This document shows positions 11,903 to 21,400 of a DNA stretch of 64,000 nucleotides, piece after piece; the stretch's first letter is position 1; every line of letters begins with the position of its first letter. A program made the position numbers and the translations under genes. The notes below the pieces were generated by a model, which saw only the letters and a list, made by a program, of their open reading frames with translations, made no database searches and was not told the DNA's origin. The DNA is from Lepidodermella squamata (Eukaryota > Animalia > Gastrotricha): contig JBLDXI010000009.1 of NCBI GenBank assembly GCA_047495785.1, positions 2,170,001 to 2,234,000 on the forward strand. Reading direction: 5' to 3'.

Positions 11903-14282
11903 ATGGCAGAAAGTCCTACTCTGAAAGATTTGAGAACGTTTGCCAATGACGTGGCAACTGGCCATGAACGCATTGTTCGAACGGTGAAAGGTCTTGAGGA
12001 TGATATCGCCAGGCTTTCGCAACAGCTCAGAGACCGCGAGGCTGATCTGGCTAAATTGGATGACGATTCTCAGCGATTGAGAAACCGAGCTGAAGACGCC
12101 CAGCAGCGCACTGAAGAGCTAGAACGGCAAATCGAGGCGATAACTGCAGAGACGCGCCGTCTCGCCGCACAAAAGCAGCAGCTCGAAGCTCAAAAAGCCA
12201 TACAGGATGAAAAGGTTGAACAATTGCAGCAGCAATTAGCTCAAGTTAGGATGAATGCTGACGAAAGAGAACGCATCAGCAGCGAACTGGAGCAACAGGT
12301 TGCTGAGTTGGGTGATCGGTGCGCAAATGCCGAGGCGAAGGCTGAGGAAATGCGACGAAAAGCGATGTCAGTCATCACCGGAGGAGACTTTGTCGACGGC
12401 GCTGTTGATCCATATTTTCTTGCTACTTCGCCAGCATTGACCGCCTCGACTCCCCGTGCTGGCAATAGAAACAGTCTTGCAATGACCGGAAGTGTACCCA
12501 ATACAGCCGGAATGATAGGCAGCTTCGACGTTTTTACATTTCCAGCTAATCAAACGACTCCAATGCCGACTTCTGCGAGTGCCAATGGAACGTTTTTCCC
12601 GAATGGAGAGGAAGCTATCGAACCTATCCATGCGCCAGCGGCCGCTGCCGGTCCGAATGTATTCGTTCAAACTTCAAATCAGCCCGCTAGTACCTTCGCC
12701 CCAGGGCAAGGCCTCACATGCACCCCTGAATACCTGAACCAAGCTATGCTGGCTTATAACTCGAGGCTCAATGAGCTAAAACAAGCCGTTGAAGAGTCAA
12801 ATACAGGTGGCGGTGATGGTAAGTCGATCCGCATATAAAATATCTGGAAATTATAGATTATTTACCATTTTTTCAGAAAATGATAACTTCGAAAAAGTAG
12901 GCCGAGCTCTGAAGGCATACGTTGATGAAAGCCGGCGGACAATGCTCGCTATTAGTTGCATTCCGCCTGGTAGCGACCTTAAACAATACGACGAACTTCA
13001 GGCCAAAGCGAGGCAACTACAAGAAGAAACTGCACGAGTCGCCCGCGCCGTCGCAGCCCAGGCGGCTGCTGGTGGGGAAGTGAGCAAGCCGAAACAGCGA
13101 GAAGTTATGGCAGAACTTGAACGTTGCCAGGGCACAACAGCTGATGCTCTAAGGATGGCGAATCGATTACTTCCGAAGGGAAATGACGTGAATCCCGATG
13201 ACATCGCAGCTTTACTGGACGAAGAGATGAAGCTAATGCACGCTGCAATCGCGAATTCTATCGCTAGACTTGAGGTATTATTGAATTAACCGACGTTGGG
13301 GCTGAATTTCACTGTTTTTTCGATAGGATATTCAACAAAAAGTTCGGAAGACGGAAAAAGAGGGCTGGAAACTGGAAGTTGATGATCGTATTCTTGCAGC
13401 CTGTAAGCAACTCGCTAAAGCCATTCAAGAAATTACTGAGGCTGCAGCGGCTTTACAGGAAGAGATCGAGAAACATGAAAAGGCAACAACTTGATCAGTG
13501 ATTTTTAACCGAATTTTAATTTAATTCCTCCGACAGGGTGCTTTGCCAACGCTTGAGTTCTACAAGCGGAACGTAAGATGGGCTCAAGGCCTAATTTCAT
13601 CTGCGAAAGAAATCACTCAAGCTTCAATCGGATTTGTGTATGTTCTCGAAGTCAACATATTTTTTCAATCCTTCAAATTGATGTCTCTTTCAGGAAAGCA
13701 GCCGATGAGGCTATAACATACGGTAAATGGGAGGAACTATTAGCGTGGACCGAAGAGGTCTCTGCCGCTACTATTCGACTGGCTGTTGCTAGCCGAGTGA
13801 AGGCACCTCGTAATTCGAGGGCCCTATCAAACGTGATGACAGGCACGCGAAATGTTTCTCAAGCAACTGCCGCCGTAGTCCTGCAAGTTCGGCAGAGTTT
13901 GGAATTGTTAAAACAACAAGAGGCTCAAGAGCAGCAGCAGTATGAGAAATACGTTGAAGGTCTTGGTTTCTACGAAACGAACAAGCTGGAGATGGAGAGT
14001 AAAATCGCGGCGAAACGGCTGGAGGCTGAGCTTGAAAGGGAGCAGTCGCGGTTACGCGCTTTAAGGCGGCGACATGCGAAACTAGTACCGGGGGATGAAG
14101 GTAAAAAAATGGCAATGCAGAACGAGCGAGAATTCATGCAGCGATCTGTGCATGGAAATGTCAACAGCACATCGGGTTTCGCTAAGCAGATCCTGTCTGC
14201 GGGACCTAATCAAACCGAACGCTTCTTCCCTCAAGATAGCGAGTCCACGACGCCGACTGGCACCTACAATGGCTTTTTGTGA
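11903..14282 (+). CDS. HIP1-derived paralog: coiled coil, low-complexity linker and I/LWEQ (THATCH) domain; no ANTH seen
   Basis: LEVDDRILAAC, EFYKRNVRWAQGLISS, EEVSAATIRLAVASRVKA, EMESKIAAKRLEAELERE. Introns at ~12818-12876, 13275-13327, 13483-13536, ~13637-13693. Confidence 0.8.
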
Positions 14283-14564
14283 TTCGTTTTTTTTTGCTAT
14301 AAAAACTCCATTTATTTTCAACCAAAACATAACCGCATTCTTTCACGAAAATTAAAGTGCTTGCTTAAAGAATTCGAGCTTAACTACATGATGTGATCGT
14401 CATTTCGTGTCAAAACCAATAAAAACCTATGAATTACTGTATAACAACAGGGAGACATTGTTTTATTGATTATCAGCGGTAAAAAACACAGGAGCATTGC
14501 CTTTTCTTAACACAGATAAGTATAAAATATATTAAAAGCAGCACTAAAACGTCGATTTTCCGAG

Positions 14565-15584
14565 CTAATTGTGTTTCAACTTTTTGTTCAAAGCTTCTTC
14601 GTTGAGAACTGCCTCGTCCCAAGGGCCAGAAATCGTGCTGAAAAATGAATAAAATGAATTGAGGTTCGAAGAAATCATTCTTAAAGCTAACCTTTTGAGT
14701 GGCTGCATTGCAACAAGCACGGCCGGGCAAATAAAACTGATCAGCACGACGATTGTAACGTACAACAACGTGAAAAGATGCGAAATTCGCCACAATAAAA
14801 CAACAGAAATGAACACGTGAAACAAGGTGTAGGTAACGGCGCCGAATTTCGACTGTTCCTTGATCGCGCAGCTGAGTTCAGGAGCCAGCGCGAACAGCCC
14901 CACCGCGAAAACGATGAAGCCGAAGCAGTGGAACGGGGTGGCTAATCGCGAGGACAAGCAAGTTGCCCCGAAAATGGCCGCATTGAACGAAAGCACATCC
15001 GAAACACTAAATAGGATTTAAATAAATAGGAAATTTGGGATTTTTAGTAGACTTACATTGGAGCGTTAGCGACTCCGTAGTTATGAACGATAAGATGAGC
15101 AATCATCATCAAAAAAGTCATGCAGTAAATGGTATCCGAGCTGATTGTTGACGTCAGAGTTTGAATAATCGGGCTGAATATGTACGAAAACGTGAGCATC
15201 AGCAGCAAACTTCGGCAGTTGTAAACAATAGTCGATAGGGAAGTTGAGCTGCGGCGGAGGAAGACGTAGCATGAGTAGGTAACAAACAAAATTGCCATGC
15301 AAATCGATAGCAGCGAGAATGGGTCCATTTTCCCGCTAGCCAGATCAACAAAAACAGCGACGAGCCAGATAACGCGCGACAAGGCTTGCGCTAGACCGCC
15401 GGTTTGGAATACAACACTCGAATAATTGTACTCGTGAACATTTACTGTAAAAAATATTATTAAGGAGGATTTTCAGATTTGTAAATGACTCACTATTTCG
15501 TTTGAGCTCGTCTAAAAAAGAATCATCGACGTAATTATCTGGCACGCTTTGATGCTCGTATAGAACTTTGCGCCATTTCTTCAT
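14565..15584 (-). CDS. PIGC: Phosphatidylinositol N-acetylglucosaminyltransferase subunit C (GPI2)
   Basis: [67 protein letters not shown]. Confidence 0.93.
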
Positions 15585-15671
15585 TGTGTTTTAAAAAAAT
15601 CTAAAGCTAACTACACATAATAGAAATTATAATCCATTAAATCATGAGAGAATAATTTTATTAATTGTCAA

Positions 15672-18003
15672 TTAAAGAATTCCGAATTCGTCCAGTTCAA
15701 GCATGGGAGTGGCAGAGGTTTGTCTAGAATTTGCGGCCGGTGAGTCGAAATCATCGGCAATATTCGTCGACTTGGGTACCGGGGTCGCAGTTTGACTAGG
15801 TGTGTTTTGATTGGCAGATGGCATGCAGTTGCCATCTGGATACCGCCTACGAAACCGCTCGACAGTATCCGGTTCCAGCAAACGCACCCCATCAGTTTGG
15901 TTTCCAAGAGTTATCCAATTTTTTTGGAAATTATGCGGCTAAAAATAATAAAAAAATGACTGGATTAAAGCTCGTCAAATGTTAAGCTAACCCTGCCGAA
16001 AAGCTCCAGCTTTCGGGTACCAGGTGAAAGACGTTCAATGAGACCGTAAATTTCATCGGGCTTACGACTGGTTTCTCGAACCTCGGACACTATCACATCG
16101 CAGTCCAGCAACCGACCCGTTTGTTGGTACATAGCAGCTGGTTTCCCTTTAACCGCTACCAGGCAGTGTTCCTTGCCGTGGTTCAACCAGTGCCCGGTTC
16201 GTCCCGTTCGAATGAGGCGTTGTAGCTGGTTTGTCTTGACCCAAACTACTTCGTCGACTCGTTCATATCCCCACAGGCGTAAACATTGCCGGCCAAGTTC
16301 CATAGCACGACCCGTTACCCATAGAAAGAAAAATCCATCATCTTGTAGGCCTATAAATAAAAATATGAAAGCGCTCCAATAAAATAAAAAATAAAAATAA
16401 AAAAAAAGCAAAAAACATGTGGCCACTGGGAGGATCGAACTCACGACCTTCGCGTTATTAGCACGACGCTCTAACCAACTGAGCTAAGCGGCCAGACACA
16501 TACAAGGGGCGTTTCAAGCTTTTTATGCGCCATTATCGTGTATATACATGCTGTAATTCTATTGACTATAAGCCACGTTGGTATACACTTACAAGGAATG
16601 TTGAGGCGCCTCATTTCATCATCTGACATAGTTCCATACGGCAACTCCATGTGAATATCCCAAGGCGGGTCAGCCATGATGACCGCAAATTTGCCTAGAA
16701 CTGTCATATCGAAAAATCGCAGGTCGCATTGAATCCATTGAGGCGGGAGCAGTGAAACCGCCTGATATTCCGGAAAAATCGGGTACGGCTGAGGGACGCT
16801 AGGTTGAGACGGCGGGGGTCCTCGAGGGTCCGGAGGCGGGTAGTCGATAGAATAATGAACATATTTGCAGGTATCCATGTGAAAGCAAGTGTTCAGAAAC
16901 GAGCAATCGCCTAGAGATTCGTCAGTATGGCGTCGAATCAGTCGACGAAAATGAAGCCGTTTGCAGTAGAAAGGAACGCCGGGTTGGCTGTGGCGGCGGC
17001 ATTCTTGAAGCGTGCCGTGTTCGCAGAACTTTTTCACGGTTTCGCCCTTGCTGCGGCCTTTGAACATTTCAGCGACCATGCGCTGCCGGACTGAAGGGGC
17101 GTTGACAATTTGAAGCAGCTCTTCACTCAAAGCCAGTTGCTTCTCGCATGCCGTTGGCATCGCGAGCAATTTTTCAAGGGACTGCGCTGATGTAGAGCTA
17201 GATGTCACCTCTTTGGGAGCTAAATAATACAAATATAAGGAATTATAAATAATTTCTAACTAATTTCGTTTAACGTTTTTTTTTACAGGAAATTTCAAAT
17301 TTCCAGCGTTGTTAAAAAAGTTTCACTCGGTTTCAATTTTGAAACTGATCCCCGTTGACTCAGTTAACTATTTCCACGTGTCTCATTACGTGAAGAAATG
17401 AGGAAAGAATGGACATTTTTGTATGAAACGGATCTTTTTCGGGTCGATATCAGCAAATTAGCCGGTCAAAATTTTTTAACAGGCGAAGGCAATTTCAGGG
17501 GAAATATCAAAGATGGAAATAGTCAACCGACCTGGCGTTTGCTCAGCCTCTTCGGCTAGTAGAATTCCAATAACCTTGAAGTCGACATCGACAACTGATT
17601 TTTCTGCAATGCGGATGAGATTAGCCGTCGATAGTTTCTCCAGAATATTCGCAACATCTTCGAGAGGAAGACTTTTCTGCCAATTTTTCACCAGGTTAGC
17701 GTGGATAGTTGCGTAAGAAGCGGGCAAGTCTATCACAGCTTCGTTGAGTAGGCGAAGAACAGCTACTTCTGGCTCGGTTGAGAACTGAGAAGTTTCGAGA
17801 ATTTGGCCATGGAATTTGGGTGGTTTCGTCAGAAAATCAGCGTCCTTTGAAATATCAGGCTCAATTTGTGAAATGAGTGAATGCAAATTATCAAGGCGAC
17901 GTCTCCTGGCCTCCTTCCGATCGCTTATCAGACTGGACCGTTTTCGAATTTTCAACAAATCATGCCAAACATTTTCACCAGTGTGGGTGCCTAGGCCAGT
18001 CAT
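15672..18003 (-). CDS. METTL3: m6A methyltransferase catalytic subunit
   Basis: CCCH fingers ([21 protein letters not shown]), catalytic DPPW ([17 protein letters not shown]), [52 protein letters not shown]. Confidence 0.96.
16420..16493 (-). tRNA. tRNA-Ile (anticodon AAT) inside METTL3 intron 16351-16592
   Basis: Reverse complement GGCCGCTTAGCTCAGTTGGTTAGAGCGTCGTGCTAATAACGCGAAGGTCGTGAGTTCGATCCTCCCAGTGGCCA; A and B boxes, cloverleaf, followed by oligo-T. Confidence 0.95.
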
Positions 18004-18419
18004 GCACAAGCAGAACAAATACTCTAAAACAAATCCGCAACAAGTTTTCATTTCAATTAATCAAGTAAAAAAGGCAGATGATTTAGATGCCAAATATTTA
18101 TTTATTGATATATATAGTTTTCAGATATTTCATTCAAGTATAATTATGATGTAAGAATGACAATAGTGCGAACGGCAAGAATTCATTTTCAGCCTAAATA
18201 CGGCTTGAGCACGAGTTTGACAAGAGTCGATGAAGATTCGAAATAATACAGTCAAAATATTAACTGACTCGCAAAATGCAATGAGGTCAGAAAAACAAGT
18301 AATACAAAATGCAAGTCATGAAAACGATACGTGATCCACCACTCATTTTCGATTTGAAGTTAATAAGAAACAGAAACGCAAAAATGCAAAGTTTGTTCGT
18401 TTGATTTCGCTCGATTTGC

Positions 18420-21400
18420 TCACAGATAATACAACTTGTTCCAGAGATTGCGGTGGGTCTCGGAATGGACGTGCTGACCGACTAGGAAAGCCAGCTTGTG
18501 CGCGTAGTGGCACGGAGCAACGACACGAATGGTTCCCGGCCAGTTGTAGTACAAATGACTAAGACGGTACGCCAGCTGATGGTGGTGATCGGGCTGAAGA
18601 GTGGTCGACTCATGAATAATATTGTAGCGGGTTGGCGTAACTGTGCCCTGGCGAACGGACTGGGCAATTACGTAGAAATCGTACGCCTTGGGATTCGTGA
18701 TAGTATTGTCGACAACAGTACCCGGGGTGGGATTGTTGATTTGTGGGCCCCGGATGGCAAAGAAGCGGGGGCGGATTCGTTTCTGGACGACGATAACCGA
18801 CATTTTCGGTTGGTAGTCGGGTCCGAATTGCTTAGCCACCTCTTTCAGCTGCTGAACCTCGCTATCGTGTACGGCTTTTAGCTGATTGTCTGCAACGCCG
18901 TCGCGGTAAAAAAGAATAATCGCAGGCAGGACGCCGTTTTTCGAGTGGTAAGTCTTGATAGCTTCAGACAGGCAGACGACTAGATGATGAGAAAGCTCGC
19001 CGCGAGCGTCATGGCCAAACGAACGTGAGTAGAACTTAGTGAATGTTGGGTCAATTGTAGCGACGAAACCGCCGACTGATTTGCCTCGAGCTGCCGAGTC
19101 GTGGTACGTGTCGAAGCCGCAAATCATCGCAGTCTTGCACGGAATCGGGACGCTCCACAACGCACCGCCCAACTTGACGCAAACTTGCTGCATGATTTTG
19201 GTGACGACACTCATCATACCCTTGCGCAGCGTGTTCACAACAACGCACTGAAACGACAAAAACAGTAAATATTTGAAACCAGTGACAAATAAACGGCCAA
19301 TTTTTCGAAAATCCAATACAGTTATTCAATCAAATTTTTAAGCTCTGATTTCCAGCTTTAAGAAGCTAGATTTATATATATTATAGGCAAGTTCAGCTTT
19401 TCTACGACTATCGTTGCAAGAAGTGCGGCCACGCAATTCGATTAGCTCTCGAGTTAAAAGGGCATCATGGTAACGACAAAAACGTCTCAGAGTTAGCGTT
19501 TACTGCTGTTGGCGGCGACGGTGACAGAGGTACATTATTTTTGATAAACTGATAAACTGATTTTTCACTTGTTTTGATTCATTTCGGGTCTAATCTCATC
19601 TAAAGTGGCGGTCAAAATTATAGAGCAGCCCCCATACGTCAACTTTGGGATCTTCCATTCAATATGAAAAGACATAATTCATATTGAGCGTCGTCAAAAA
19701 TTTTGCGAAGCATGTCATAGCAGGTATCAGTACGCATGACACGATGAATGATGTCCATGTTCAACAACAGCTCGTTCTCGTACTTCGAGTAGGCGACCCC
19801 TCAGGCGAAGCGGCTGTGGATCCAAACGACGGTTCCAATCGGACAAAATCTGACGGGCCTTTTCACAGTTGGCGACACGGCGACCGAAATCGGTATAACG
19901 CTGCATACGGTTCGTCGGGTTGAGACGGGTGATCTCGCCGAATTCCTTCATCAGGCGGAAATCAGCACGCTGGGCGTCGGTCAAACCGGTCATGAAACAC
20001 AACTCCGGGACCAACTTGTTAACACGGCCTTCCTCCTTAATACGACGAGCCATTTTTCGCGGACGGGTGACGAGCAGAGGCTGCTTTACGTCTTCCTTCG
20101 GATCAATGTTGTTCCGGCGAGCATCGTCAAAAATTTTGCGAAGCATATCATAGCAAGTGTCGGTACGCATGACGCGATGAATGATGTCCATGTTCAACAG
20201 CAGCTCGTTCTCGTACTTAGTGATCGTCATCGCGTAACCAGGCCATATTGTCATACCGAAATTCTGCATGTTGATTGCAGCGGCCGGGTCGAAGAAATCC
20301 CTCTTGGACTGCTTCAGCTCGAGAGCGGTTTGCATGTGTCGAATGGCAATGTCCAGGATACGAACCGCCTCGTCCGAGTCGGGTGAAACCTCGCCAGTTC
20401 GGCGAACTCGGAGGTTGATGGTCGCACTTCATCTTTCTGCTATTACTAGGCCTTAGCATTGCCATCATTCTTAAACTATCAGTGGGATCGAGCTCGTCAA
20501 ATAATTTGGGAATATCAACGGCGGTACTAAGGGGCCCGGAATTGAGCCAATCAAAATTATCCGAAAAGGAAAGGAGAATTATAAATATCGTCGACCACAT
20601 TGAAACGGAAAAGCCCCGGGTATCATGCCGGTTATAGATTATAAAGTGGCGGTCAAAATTATAGAGCACCCCATGCGACGAAACATCGGGCGATTTGATC
20701 TCCCTGATAACTTCCGCAATTTTCAGTCCGATTTGAATTATTGCAATGATGACCCCTGATCCCCTGATCCACTTATTCCAAGTATGGTTCCTTTCATTTT
20801 TACCTTCAAACTGCGTCTAACCCCAAAATTACTGTCTGTTATATGCTCGGGTCAGTCAAAATTATAGAGCACCCATGCTTCGATAAATTTTCATGAGCAT
20901 TAGATGAACTTTCCTAGCCGATTGAAGGCATTTCATGGGTCAACAGTAAGCTCCGACTCTTATGTGAGATCCATTTTGTTTATGTCGATCAGGAAAAATT
21001 AATAAAATCAAATTTTTTGACTGTAGAAAGAATTTATGGTTTTTCAGAGCACTAAAATGCTTCTGCAACTGGTTTCTTGGATTCAACTGGCCATTTCCAT
21101 CACGGAAATGTCCCTAGCCGCACTGGAGTAACAACAAATCCCAACTGGAAAAGCTGTTTTGCAATATTGCCGGCGAATATGAACGCACGCGCGATACTTT
21201 TCAGCTAGTCTGTAAAGTTACAAAACTGTCTGAACACGAGAGACTTAGGTGAATTTTGAAGCTTTAGCTTCATTCTTTCAAAATAACATTTTTCAGATTT
21301 TAGAGACTGTTTTTCGGGTAAAAAAATTGGTCTAAACGCCATGTTGCGGACAGACATTTTCAAAATGTAAATTTTGGGTATTAAATTTTACTACTGTTTC

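Noticed and set aside
11659-11949. 96-aa ORF as the missing ANTH exon of the HIP1 paralog
   Set aside because: No similarity to the ANTH exons at 6643-7800; no recognisable family.
19727-20335. 202-aa ORF as a second functional Piwi gene
   Set aside because: Lacks N-terminal, MID and PIWI domains, has a PAZ deletion and scrambled order, and shows no convincing splice sites.
19601-20877. CRISPR-like array (repeats with captured sequence between them)
   Set aside because: Only three copies, spacings of ~1040 and ~200 nt, no cas genes and a eukaryotic context; a transposon end explains it better.
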